IMG/VR virus record: IMGVR_UViG_2767802007_000002
Location: 4,488 to 68,487 of that record
Length of the DNA stretch: 64,000 nucleotides
Source of the DNA: a virus
Lineage: Duplodnaviria; Caudoviricetes
Reading direction: 5' to 3' (one strand)
Shown here piece after piece: positions 8,455 to 17,482 of the stretch (positions are counted from its first letter, which is position 1; every line of letters starts with the position of its first letter). The translations under genes and the position numbers were made by a program. The notes under the pieces were generated by a model. The model was not told where the DNA came from and did not search any database. It worked only from the letters and a program-made list of their open reading frames with translations.

Positions 8455-8666
8455 CCGGGCCCGAGCACTACCTCGAAGGCGAACGCCTCCTCGCAGGACA
8501 CGACATCCCAGCCGACCCCGAGCAGGCTTTGGAAGCCCACCACGTCGGCCCCAGCCAGATGGAAGTACTGGTGGCACAGACGCACTTCCTCGCCGCGCTC
8601 GTCGCCGTCCACGCCGAAGACACCTTCCCCGACAGCGTCTCGTGGCAGAAGGCGGTGGGCTGGTGA
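8451..8666 (+). CDS. Hypothetical protein (71 aa)
   Basis: GTGA overlaps both ends; MTGPEHYLEGERLL...AQTHFLAALVA. Confidence 0.65.
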   Translation: MTGPEHYLEGERLLAGHDIPADPEQALEAHHVGPSQMEVLVAQTHFLAALVAVHAEDTFPDSVSWQKAVGW

Positions 8667-9529
8667 ACATCCTCGTGACCGGGTCATCCGGGTTCATCGG
8701 CGGCCACCTCTACGACCAACTCGCTGCTCGCGGCCACGCCCCCATCCCCATGGACAGCCGGGCGGGAACACCCACCACCGACCTTGACTGCCTGGTCCGC
8801 ACCATCGAGTACCACGACGCCGAGCTGATAGCCCACCTCGGCGCTTCCTGCTCCACCCGCTTCAGCCTCAACGACCCCACCACCGACTTCCACGACAACG
8901 CCATCGGCACCTTCAACATCGCCGAAGCCGCCCGCCGAGTCGGGAACATCCCCGTCCTCTACACCAGCACCGTCAAGGTCTACCCCGGCGCCGACGGACT
9001 CGTCGCCCCCCTCGGCCTGTCCAAGAAGGTCGGCGAAGACTACCTCCGCCTGTACCGCGACCTGTACGGGCTGCCCTCCGTGATCCTCCGCCCGTCCACC
9101 GTGTACGGGCCCGGCCAGGACGGGGCACCGGAAGCAGGGTGGGTGACCTGGTTCCTTCGCGCGTTCCTCACCCGGCAGCCCATCACCATCCACGGCGACG
9201 GCACCCAGTCACGCGACATCCTCCACATCGACGACTTCACCCAGCTCCTCGTCGACATCGTCGAGCACTTCGCCGACTACGACCGCGCCGAGCCCTACGA
9301 CGTCGGCGGCGGCCCCTCCAACGAAGTCAGCCTCCTCGACCTCATCAATGCCCTCGAAGACGCCACCGGCACCCAGCACCCCATCACCCACGACGCGCGG
9401 CTTCCCGGCGACCTCCAGCGCGTCGTCACCGACAACACCGCCATCAGCAGCGTGCGCGGCTGGCAGCCCGCCACCGACTGGGCCGCCGGCGTCCGCGGCA
9501 CCCTCGACTGGCTGGGGGCACAGTGGTGA
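8663..9529 (+). CDS. NAD-dependent epimerase/dehydratase (extended SDR) 2, CDP-paratose/tyvelose epimerase-like; catalytic Tyr replaced by Leu
   Basis: GTG 8663; VTGSSGFIG, YTSTVKVY, PLGLSK, YGPGQDGAPEAGWVTWF, GDGTQSRDILHIDD, VGGGPSNEVSLLDL. Confidence 0.85.
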   Translation: MNILVTGSSGFIGGHLYDQLAARGHAPIPMDSRAGTPTTDLDCLVRTIEYHDAELIAHLGASCSTRFSLNDPTTDFHDNAIGTFNIAEAARRVGNIPVLYTSTVKVYPGADGLVAPLGLSKKVGEDYLRLYRDLYGLPSVILRPSTVYGPGQDGAPEAGWVTWFLRAFLTRQPITIHGDGTQSRDILHIDDFTQLLVDIVEHFADYDRAEPYDVGGGPSNEVSLLDLINALEDATGTQHPITHDARLPGDLQRVVTDNTAISSVRGWQPATDWAAGVRGTLDWLGAQW

Positions 9530-10290
9530 AGGTCGGCGTCATCATCCCCGCCCGCAACGCCCGGCCCTGGATCGGGGAGATGCTGGAGTCGGTGCGGGCC
9601 CAGACGCACCCGGCGCAGGCGTACCTCGCCGAGGACCGGTCCGACGACGGCACCTTCGAGTGGGTGCGCGAGCGACCGGAGTTGTACGCCGGGATGGCCC
9701 GGAACCGGGTCCGTAGGGGCTGGGCCGGCAGCCTGAACGCGGCGGCGAAGCTGGCCCTGGCCGACGGCTGCGACGCCCTGTTCACCGCGAGCGCAGACGA
9801 CCGGCTGCACCCCGACTGCATCGCGCGCTGTGCCGCGGTGCTGAGCGCGGATGGCGGCCGGGACTTCGTTGTGCCGTACGCGCAGCAGTTCGGTGAGGCG
9901 GACGTTGTGCAGGCCTCGTTGCCGGACGCGACGATTGAGGACTTCGTGCAGTGGCCGCCGCTGATCGACAAGGCGCTCATCCGTCGCGAGGTGTGGGAGC
10001 AGGTGGGCGGGTACAGCCCGAAGGCCACGTTGCCCGGCAGCTACGGCTCGGCGGAGGACTGGGAGTTCTGGATCCGCGTGTGGAAGGCCGGCCTGACCCG
10101 GTACGCGGTGGTGGAGCAGCCGCTGTACTTCGTGCGCGTCCACCCGGGCCAGCTGTCCCACGATCGTGGCGAGTGGCATGCGGCCACCGTCGGCCTGTTC
10201 CGCAAGCTCCACCCTGACCTGCCGTGGACGGCGGACTCGGGCGTCTGGCCGCCCCGGCACCGCACAACGAAGAGGAGCGGTCATGCATGA
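9526..10290 (+). CDS. Glycosyltransferase family 2 (GT-A fold)
   Basis: GTG 9526; VIIPARNA, EDRSDDGT, GWAGSLN, SADDRLHPD, AEDWEFWIR. Confidence 0.9.
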   Translation: MKVGVIIPARNARPWIGEMLESVRAQTHPAQAYLAEDRSDDGTFEWVRERPELYAGMARNRVRRGWAGSLNAAAKLALADGCDALFTASADDRLHPDCIARCAAVLSADGGRDFVVPYAQQFGEADVVQASLPDATIEDFVQWPPLIDKALIRREVWEQVGGYSPKATLPGSYGSAEDWEFWIRVWKAGLTRYAVVEQPLYFVRVHPGQLSHDRGEWHAATVGLFRKLHPDLPWTADSGVWPPRHRTTKRSGHA

Positions 10291-10903
10291 CCCACTGACC
10301 GTCGCATTCGAGATCCGCCGCCCCTGGCCGCAGACCGCCGACTGGCGCACCGAGCAAGCCGCCCGCGAAAACATCCGCTGGCGAATCAGCGGATCGTTCT
10401 GGGTGCTCGCCGGGCGCGGCCTGTACTTCCCAGGCCTCATCACCATCTGGCACCGCGACCCGTCCGGCTACGACGACACCACCTGCCGGAAGAAGCGATG
10501 GCGGTTCCACCTGCACCACTGGCGGCTGCAGGTCCACCCCGTACAGCAGTGGCGGCGGCGCCTCCTCACCCGATGCGCCTGGTGCGGTGAACGCTCGCGC
10601 AAGGGCGACCCGGTGAACCATTCCCACCAGTGGGACGGGCCGCGGGCGCGCTGGTGGCAGGGCGAGCGCGGGCTCTTTCATTCCGACTGCTCCGTCCTCG
10701 AGCGGGCTCATGGCACGTGCGTCTGTGACCGCCCTGTCCTGGACGGCCGCGACTATGGGCGCTGCGCGGTGTGTGACCGCTTTCGGCCCTTCGGCTTCAC
10801 AGAGGCCAACCTCGCCCGTGCTCGCACGCTGCAGGCGGTGCCGCGTGGTGCGCGCCGGAAGGACGTCGGCGAGACCCCCATCCGAGAGGAAGACACCCCA
10901 TGA
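10283..10903 (+). CDS. Cys/Trp-rich hypothetical protein (likely Zn-binding)
   Basis: GAGGAG RBS, ATG 10283; CAWC, CVC, CAVC motifs. Confidence 0.65.
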   Translation: MHDPLTVAFEIRRPWPQTADWRTEQAARENIRWRISGSFWVLAGRGLYFPGLITIWHRDPSGYDDTTCRKKRWRFHLHHWRLQVHPVQQWRRRLLTRCAWCGERSRKGDPVNHSHQWDGPRARWWQGERGLFHSDCSVLERAHGTCVCDRPVLDGRDYGRCAVCDRFRPFGFTEANLARARTLQAVPRGARRKDVGETPIREEDTP

Positions 10904-11766
10904 TCGACGGCAAGCGCGTCATCGCCTGGACCCCCTACGGCCGACGCCGCACCTACAGCATCCTCATCCGCCACCTCCAACGCGACGTCGAACGCGGCCT
11001 GATCGACGAGGTGTGGGCGTACATGAACACTGACCCGCAGGGCCAGGAAGACGACATCGCGTACGCCCACGAGCTCGCGGCCGAGCACCCGGGCTGGTTC
11101 CGGATCAAGCACCGGCCCGAAGGCGTCGACCTCGGCAACCTGCCCAAGCAGAGGTACACCGGGTTGGCCTACCGGGAGATGACCGACACCGACACCGTCT
11201 ACCTCCGCTTCGACGACGACGTCGTCTACATCCACGACGACGCCATCACCAACCTCGTCCGCGCACGCATCCAGATGCCCGCCCCGACCGCGGTGTTCCC
11301 GGTGATCTTCAACAACGCGATCGTCAGCCACTTCCTCCAGGCCTGCGGCAAGGTCCCGATGGAGTGGGGCGTCGTCAACGCCTACTGCATGGACCCCATG
11401 GGCTGGGCGAACGGGCCGTTCGCAGTCAAGCTCCACGAGCTGCTTCTCGACCACATCGAGCGCAACGCCGTCCCGGACCTCTTCCTGTACCAGGACTTCC
11501 CCATCCAGCCCGGCACTCAGTTCTCCGTCTCCTGCTTCGCCAGCCTCGGCAGCATGTACGCCGACCTCGACCAGCCAGGCGTCCTCGTCCCCGACGAGGA
11601 AGAGTCCTGGCACACCGTGCACCACCCGCTGGCCACCGGCGCCCCGAACATCCTCCGCGGCGACGCGATTGTCAGCCACTGGTCGTTCTTCCCGCAGCAC
11701 CCGTTCCTCAACAACACCGGCCTCCTGGACCGCTACCGGGAGATCGCGGATAAGGCGGTGGCCTGA
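10900..11766 (+). CDS. Putative GT-A fold glycosyltransferase
   Basis: VIAWTPYGRRR start, YLRFDDDVVYIH DxD-type motif, VIFNNA, late SHWSF; operon context. Confidence 0.7.
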   Translation: MIDGKRVIAWTPYGRRRTYSILIRHLQRDVERGLIDEVWAYMNTDPQGQEDDIAYAHELAAEHPGWFRIKHRPEGVDLGNLPKQRYTGLAYREMTDTDTVYLRFDDDVVYIHDDAITNLVRARIQMPAPTAVFPVIFNNAIVSHFLQACGKVPMEWGVVNAYCMDPMGWANGPFAVKLHELLLDHIERNAVPDLFLYQDFPIQPGTQFSVSCFASLGSMYADLDQPGVLVPDEEESWHTVHHPLATGAPNILRGDAIVSHWSFFPQHPFLNNTGLLDRYREIADKAVA

Positions 11767-11999
11767 TGGCCGGGCAGATCAGCGTCGAGGACGCCTTCCC
11801 CACCTTCCAGAAGAAGGTCCGCGAGCTTTTCGAGGCCAACCTGCTTCTGCAGGCCCAGGTCGACGTCCTTGAACGGCGCGTCACCGAGCTCACCGAGGAG
11901 AACACCAGGCTCCAGCAGGCCAGCCCGGGCCGGCCCGAGTCCGGGCCCGGCGCCGGCCTCGCAGTGCCGCCGAGGCCGGAGCCGGACGAGCGAAGCTAG
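11766..11999 (+). CDS. Small coiled-coil protein, last gene of the cassette
   Basis: ORF track 77 aa; heptads LLLQAQVDVLERRVTELTEENTRL. Confidence 0.65.
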   Translation: MAGQISVEDAFPTFQKKVRELFEANLLLQAQVDVLERRVTELTEENTRLQQASPGRPESGPGAGLAVPPRPEPDERS

Positions 12000-12217
12000 A
12001 GGTTCTGGTGGCTCTCGTCGTACTTCACCAACGGAGCTGAGTCCACGTCGTCCCGCACCAGCAGCCGCTGCTTGAAGTCGATCATGAGGGCGTCCATGTC
12101 CGCGTCGTTCATGAAGTCACCGGGCGGCGCGGAGATCATCAGCATCTTGTTTCCGAACGGCCCGGACAGGTTGAAGCTGTAGATCGGGTACTCGCCGGTG
12201 TGGAGGTTGATGGCCAT
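11996..12217 (-). CDS. Hypothetical protein (73 aa), end of tail operon
   Basis: ORF track; stop overlaps the opposite-strand stop at CTAG 11996-11999. Confidence 0.55.
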   Translation of the reverse strand: MAINLHTGEYPIYSFNLSGPFGNKMLMISAPPGDFMNDADMDALMIDFKQRLLVRDDVDSAPLVKYDESHQNL

Positions 12218-12241
12218 GCTGGGGTCCTGTCGATAGGCGGG

Positions 12242-13156
12242 TCAGGCGATCCGGGTCATCGTCATGTACGACCCGGCCTTGAGGGTGGTGCCGGACGCGT
12301 CGGACGCGTTCTGCGCCCACTGCAGCTGGAAGGTGCCGGCCGTTCCGCTTACGACGAGCCGGCCGTAGACCCGGGCCGCGGTGACGCTGGTGTTGCCGCA
12401 GCCGAAGCTGAGGTTGGCGCCGGCCGAGGTCGTGGCGAGCTTGCCGATCCACTCACCGTTGGCGCTGGTGCCTGCTGTGAGGTCGGTTGTGTGGGCTCCG
12501 GAGCCGTGCATGTCGAAGGTGGCGCCGGTGGGGCAGGTGAAGCTCATCTTGAAGTCGCCGACGAAGTCGGCTGCGTCGATCATGTACAGGTCCAGGGCGA
12601 AGGTGTACACCGCGTTCGCGACCACGGGCAGGACGAGGTGGTCGTCGTTCTGCAGGGTGGCGCTGCTGGTGACGGTCTCGTCGGCGGTCTTGACGACGTA
12701 CTGGGTCTGGCCGATGCCGCTGACGCTCAAGTTGCCGGCGACAGAGAGGCCGCTGCTGGCGGTGAGGGCCCCGTCGACGATGAGTGCGTCGTTGGTGCGG
12801 AGCACGTTGGCGGCGGAGCGGAACAGGTTGACGTCGACGCCGATGGTCAGCTGGGCGCTGGAGGCCAGCTTGAGGGTGGAGCCGAACGTGCCGGAGCTGT
12901 TGGGGATCTCCACCCATGAGCCGGACGCCGGGGCGGTGCCGTTGGAGAAGTACGTGCGGTAGCTGGTGTCGGTCTCCATGATGGCTTTGCCGGCGTACGG
13001 CGAGGACGGCCGCGTCGACGAGGTCGCTGGCGCGAACCCCACGGCCGCGTCGACGCGGTCCCAGTTCTGGCCGATGTCCTGGGTGTAGTTGACCAGCTCT
13101 GAGCCGTCGCTCTTGGACTTGTACAGGCCGAGCCGGGTGGTGGACGGATCAGGCAC
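12242..13156 (-). CDS. Minor tail / tail fibre protein
   Basis: GTG 13156; PDPSTTRLGLYKS...NWDRVDAAVG N-terminus; C-terminal beta-sandwich ending LQWAQNAS...GSYM. Confidence 0.75.
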   Translation of the reverse strand: MPDPSTTRLGLYKSKSDGSELVNYTQDIGQNWDRVDAAVGFAPATSSTRPSSPYAGKAIMETDTSYRTYFSNGTAPASGSWVEIPNSSGTFGSTLKLASSAQLTIGVDVNLFRSAANVLRTNDALIVDGALTASSGLSVAGNLSVSGIGQTQYVVKTADETVTSSATLQNDDHLVLPVVANAVYTFALDLYMIDAADFVGDFKMSFTCPTGATFDMHGSGAHTTDLTAGTSANGEWIGKLATTSAGANLSFGCGNTSVTAARVYGRLVVSGTAGTFQLQWAQNASDASGTTLKAGSYMTMTRIA

Positions 13157-13361
13157 CGGGCACCTCCACGATGTCGTCGTTCGCCGTCTGGCACTGGCCG
13201 CAGTGCGCGCGCAGGCGGCCGTCCGCGTTGCGGTACATCGTGATCCGGTAGGTGACGCCCTCGACCGGGCAGCCAGGCGTGCGGCAGGTGACGTCCGCCT
13301 CAACGGTCGGCCACTCCTCCAAGGTGGGCCAGTCACCGTTGACATCAGGGGCTATCTGCAT
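13149..13361 (-). CDS. Small Cys-motif tail-associated protein
   Basis: TAATG overlap with upstream gene; CRTPGC...CGQC. Confidence 0.55.
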   Translation of the reverse strand: MQIAPDVNGDWPTLEEWPTVEADVTCRTPGCPVEGVTYRITMYRNADGRLRAHCGQCQTANDDIVEVPGA

Positions 13362-16261
13362 TAAATCCACCCAATCAGGAAGTAATCGATCGTTGTGGTT
13401 GTCGTGTTCGTGCGGGTCAGCCAGATCGTCAGGCCACCGCTGCTGGGGCTGGCCGTACCGACGCCTGTGACCTGAGTGCCAGGCACGCTGGTCCGGGCCT
13501 GCGCGAAGGCGTAGAAAGTGTCGCCTGCGACGTTCAGTCCGGTGACCGAGACCGACGTCGGGGTGTTGGCGGCGGAGGGGATGATCTGGACGTTGCCGAC
13601 GGCCCAGGACTGAGCCTGGAGCTTTCCGTTGAACTTGATCCATCCGTCCTGGTTGAAGGTGACGGAGTTCCACTTGGTGGTGTCCGCGCCGAACCAGCCG
13701 ACCTCTGCCTGGTCGGACTTGGCCCAGAAGCTCCCGCCATAGTTCGCGATGGCGTTGGAGTACCAGGCAGCACGGATCCCCGTGTCGTCGGCAGCCGCGA
13801 AACCTCCCCGCGCGTGATAGATCGAGTCGCTGGGAGAGGTCGTCCACCGGCCGAACGTGGCCGTCGTCTCGTCCATCGCCATCGTGGAGAAGACCCCGCT
13901 CGCAGCCGGCGCGGTGGTGATCTGGATCCCGGACGTGGCACTGGGGGTGCCCGTATTGTCGAAGCCCTGGATGAACGCATAGTTCGAGCCGGTCGTTGCG
14001 TACAGGCGGATCTCGGGGAGCAGCGCGGCGGTCGGGTTGATGACCAGGCGCTTCCCCGCAGTGCCAGACATGAGCTGCCCGACGATCGCGACGGAGCCGT
14101 CCGCGCTGGCGATGTTCACCGTCTGGGTTCCGTCAGCGCTGTAGGACTGCACGCCGGCCGAGGAGAGTTCGACGCGGGGCCCGGTGTCGCTCGTCTTGAT
14201 GCGGGCACCGACGATCCAGTCCGCGGCGATGGTGCCGGCGGTGACCTTGGAGACGGTCAGGTCGGAGATGTGGGCGTCATCGATGAGGAGCGCGGTCGCG
14301 GTGGCAGCGTCCGACGGGCCGGACTTGTTGCCGGTCTTGTCGACGGCGACAACCCGGACGTACCGCGCGCTGGTCTCCTCGACCTGCACGGTGAACACGA
14401 CGGGGATCTGCGCCTGGATCATGCCCGCGTTCGCCGGTGCCTTGCCCTTGAGGGTGGTGGCGTCCGGGGTGAACATGGGCTCGTAGGAGACGTGAATCTC
14501 CAGGTGGTCGAGGTCGCTCTCCAGGTTGAAGGTGCCGCCGCTCGACTGGCCGAGGGTATGCGTGACCTGTACGGCGATCCGGGACCCGGCCACCGATGGT
14601 GCGGCCGGTGTGGACGGTGGGATGTTGTCCGTGGACGCCACGAACGTCGTCGTCCCCGACCAGGCCCCCACGTTGCCTGCCTTGTCCACGGCGCGGATCT
14701 GCACGTCGTAGCCGATCCCCGGCGACAGATCCTGCAGCTGCGCCGTGGTGGTGTCCCACGATGCGATCATGGTTTGCCACTTGGCGGTGGGGGCCGCGAA
14801 CGGCTGCTTCCACACCTGCATGTCCTGCCAGCGGATCTGAGCGACGGATGCCCATGACGCCGGGTAGATCATGTCGGTGTCGACGGCGTACCGGATCTCG
14901 TAGTGGTCGCCATCCCGGATCGTGCTGCCGTCCACGTTGTTCGGGGCGTTCCACGAGAGTACGACCCTAGCTCGGGTGAAGCCGCGGGAGTCGAGGTAGG
15001 CGGAGCCGGTGAACGGCGTGATGAGCGTGGGCACGCCGGGGATGCTGGTGTCGGCGTTCGGGCGGGACCCGACCGGCTCTGAGCTGGTGCTGGTGAGCTG
15101 CCGGGAGAAGTCTCCGACGGTCACAGTGGACGTGCCGTCGGTCTCGAACTCGACGTACTGGGTCAGGTCGGTCCACGTGCCGTCACCGGCCCGGTAGGCG
15201 ACCGTGTACCCCTTGGTGATGGACCAGTTGGTCTCGGTGACCTGCAGCTTGATCGGGTTGATCCGCAGGCCCCGGAACTGGATCTCTGTGGTCGTGTCGA
15301 CCAGACCGCTGTCGGGGTCGTACACCCACACCCGGTCGCCGACCTGGAAGGATCCGTGGACGTCGTAGTCGGCCGTGGACAGGGTGAGCGCGTTCCGGGT
15401 CGACGTGACCTGCGACAGGGCCAGCTGCGCGCGGGTGGCGGCGTTCGCAGTCGCCGTGTCCGACTCCGACACCAAGCGGGTGAGCTTGATCGGGTTGCCG
15501 TGGATGTCCTTGTACGGCGTGGCCGGCGAGATGTCCGCCGCCCCGGTGGCGATGCTGGTGCCCTCGCCCTCGGCGAGTAGGACCACGCGGGTGCTGTAGT
15601 CCTCCACGTCCCGGGTGACGTCGATGGAGCCGGGCAGAGCGCGGAGGAACATGTCCTCGCCGGCGGCCTTGCTGGTGATGACGCACGTCGGGTTCGTGAC
15701 GAACAGGCTGCTGTCCGGGCCGGCGTCGAGGGTGCCGTTGCCGTTGACCCGCCACGACACCGGCACGCTTGTGGTGGACATGGTGTCGCACACGTAGGTG
15801 ATCGCCTCGCGGGGCGTCTCGTACTGGTGCCGGCCGGTGTACTGCCCGGCCACCGGGTAGACCGTGCCGACGGTGACCGGGTACGCCCCGCTGGCGGGGA
15901 GCAGCATGTTGATCGTGTCGGCGAACGTCGCGGATGCTGGGGTGATCGCGTTCTCGTAGACGGCGCCCTTGTTGTCCTCGTCGCCGAGCCACATGGCCAT
16001 GCCGACGCCGCCCACGGACAGGTCGTCCTGGGGGGTGGTGGTGCGGCCGTCGTCGCCGATCGTGCGGGTGCGGAGCACACCGACGTAGCGGGCCGTGCCA
16101 GGGCTGAGGAGGTTGTCGCCGTACTGCAGCGGATCCAGTCGGCCGGGCACGATCGCGATGTGCCCGAAGTAGTCGAGCTGGTCCAGCACATCGCGGGGCG
16201 TGTTGGGCTTGAGCTTGACCTCCCACGAGCCGAGGGCCTTGAGGACTTCCTGGACGGCCAC
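13361..16261 (-). CDS. Large minor tail protein (hub/host specificity) with fibronectin type III-like domains
   Basis: 966 aa; VVLSWNAP, YEIRY, YDVQIRAVDKAGNVGAWS, VRVVAVDKTGNKSGPS. Confidence 0.8.
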   Translation of the reverse strand: MAVQEVLKALGSWEVKLKPNTPRDVLDQLDYFGHIAIVPGRLDPLQYGDNLLSPGTARYVGVLRTRTIGDDGRTTTPQDDLSVGGVGMAMWLGDEDNKGAVYENAITPASATFADTINMLLPASGAYPVTVGTVYPVAGQYTGRHQYETPREAITYVCDTMSTTSVPVSWRVNGNGTLDAGPDSSLFVTNPTCVITSKAAGEDMFLRALPGSIDVTRDVEDYSTRVVLLAEGEGTSIATGAADISPATPYKDIHGNPIKLTRLVSESDTATANAATRAQLALSQVTSTRNALTLSTADYDVHGSFQVGDRVWVYDPDSGLVDTTTEIQFRGLRINPIKLQVTETNWSITKGYTVAYRAGDGTWTDLTQYVEFETDGTSTVTVGDFSRQLTSTSSEPVGSRPNADTSIPGVPTLITPFTGSAYLDSRGFTRARVVLSWNAPNNVDGSTIRDGDHYEIRYAVDTDMIYPASWASVAQIRWQDMQVWKQPFAAPTAKWQTMIASWDTTTAQLQDLSPGIGYDVQIRAVDKAGNVGAWSGTTTFVASTDNIPPSTPAAPSVAGSRIAVQVTHTLGQSSGGTFNLESDLDHLEIHVSYEPMFTPDATTLKGKAPANAGMIQAQIPVVFTVQVEETSARYVRVVAVDKTGNKSGPSDAATATALLIDDAHISDLTVSKVTAGTIAADWIVGARIKTSDTGPRVELSSAGVQSYSADGTQTVNIASADGSVAIVGQLMSGTAGKRLVINPTAALLPEIRLYATTGSNYAFIQGFDNTGTPSATSGIQITTAPAASGVFSTMAMDETTATFGRWTTSPSDSIYHARGGFAAADDTGIRAAWYSNAIANYGGSFWAKSDQAEVGWFGADTTKWNSVTFNQDGWIKFNGKLQAQSWAVGNVQIIPSAANTPTSVSVTGLNVAGDTFYAFAQARTSVPGTQVTGVGTASPSSGGLTIWLTRTNTTTTTIDYFLIGWI

Positions 16262-16264
16262 CCG

Positions 16265-17482
16265 CTACCTCCGCACCCCGTAGACGGCTTCCGGCATGCA
16301 CGCGATGTACTGGTTGCGCAGGTCCGTCGCCGCGTCCCCGGACACCGCGCTGCCGCCGCCGACGACGGCGCCGAGCCAGAAGTCCAGTGTCGTGACGTTC
16401 GTGCGCACCACGCCGCCGTTCGCATGGCCGGTGAAGGTCCGCGCTGACCCGGCGACGAACCGGTTGCCGTCGGCGTCGTTGCTGGTGGCCGTGACGTAGC
16501 CGGCCGAGGCGAGGGCGGTCACGTTCGTCTCTGCGTTGACCAGGCGCACCTTCAGCTCGTCGGAGCTGGTGTTGCGCTGCATGTAGCCCTCGACGAACCG
16601 GCTGCCGCGGCGCAGCGTCAGGTCCACGGTCAGGCGGCCGGGGCTGAGCCCTTTGGTCAGGCGCAGGATGGCCGCCTCGAAATCGTTGCGCAGCAGGGTG
16701 GCCCCGTCCCAGGTGACGATCTGGGTGCCGGAGGTGGCGAAAACCGCCCAGGGCTTCGAGCGGTAGGCGCCGCCGGTGTAGGACTGGACGTCGAGGCTGC
16801 CACCGCCGGACGCGGACCAGGTGACGTTGACCAGCCCATTGGTCAAGGACCAGCCGGTCGCGGCCAGCGGCACGTCTGCGCCGTACACCTCCTGGCCGCC
16901 GGTCGTGGTGACGCGGACTCGGCCGGTCAGGTAGCTCGTCGGGGGGCAGCCCCAGCGGGGAGAGATGTTCGCCGGGACGCCGCGGTAGACGGTGATGGTG
17001 CCGTCGGCGCCGGTGCGGGTCATGGTGCTGGGGTTGGTGGCGCCGGTGACGTAGCCGTAGTGCCCGATGGGCGGGGCGTGCCAGCGTTCCCCGGCCAGAG
17101 CGAAGTCGTTGAGGCGGACGGCACCGGTGAGCCTGCTCTGGAGGTCGGTCTCGGCGTCGGAGCCGACCCGGTCCAGGGAGACCTTCCAGTCGGCGGTGAC
17201 CATCTCGTTGCGGTACTCGATGTACGTCGACGCTGCGGTCTTCACCGCGTAGTAGCCGTTGCGTTCCGGCTTGTCGGTGAAGGTGACCGCGATGACCTGG
17301 CCCGGGATGAGCGAGTTGATGCCGTCGTGGCGTGCGATGACCTGCGCGCGGGTGAGCGGCGGGGAGCTCTCCTGCCCTTCGAGGTCGAGGGCGCGGTCGT
17401 CACCGCCGGCCTCGGTCGCGGTAAAGGTCTCCCGCAGCGGGATCCGCCCGAGCTGGAGGTCGCCCCATCCGTACTGGGCCAT
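16265..17482 (-). CDS. Minor tail (distal tail-like) protein
   Basis: 405 aa directly downstream of the tape measure, overlapping its stop. Confidence 0.75.
   Translation of the reverse strand: MAQYGWGDLQLGRIPLRETFTATEAGGDDRALDLEGQESSPPLTRAQVIARHDGINSLIPGQVIAVTFTDKPERNGYYAVKTAASTYIEYRNEMVTADWKVSLDRVGSDAETDLQSRLTGAVRLNDFALAGERWHAPPIGHYGYVTGATNPSTMTRTGADGTITVYRGVPANISPRWGCPPTSYLTGRVRVTTTGGQEVYGADVPLAATGWSLTNGLVNVTWSASGGGSLDVQSYTGGAYRSKPWAVFATSGTQIVTWDGATLLRNDFEAAILRLTKGLSPGRLTVDLTLRRGSRFVEGYMQRNTSSDELKVRLVNAETNVTALASAGYVTATSNDADGNRFVAGSARTFTGHANGGVVRTNVTTLDFWLGAVVGGGSAVSGDAATDLRNQYIACMPEAVYGVRR

Noticed and set aside
10283-10903. TET/JBP dioxygenase linking the methyltransferase to the GTs (contains HRD)
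   Set aside because: Cys/Trp-rich with no double-stranded beta-helix pattern or distal His/Arg; DNA glycosylation through 5hmC is therefore unsupported inside this window.
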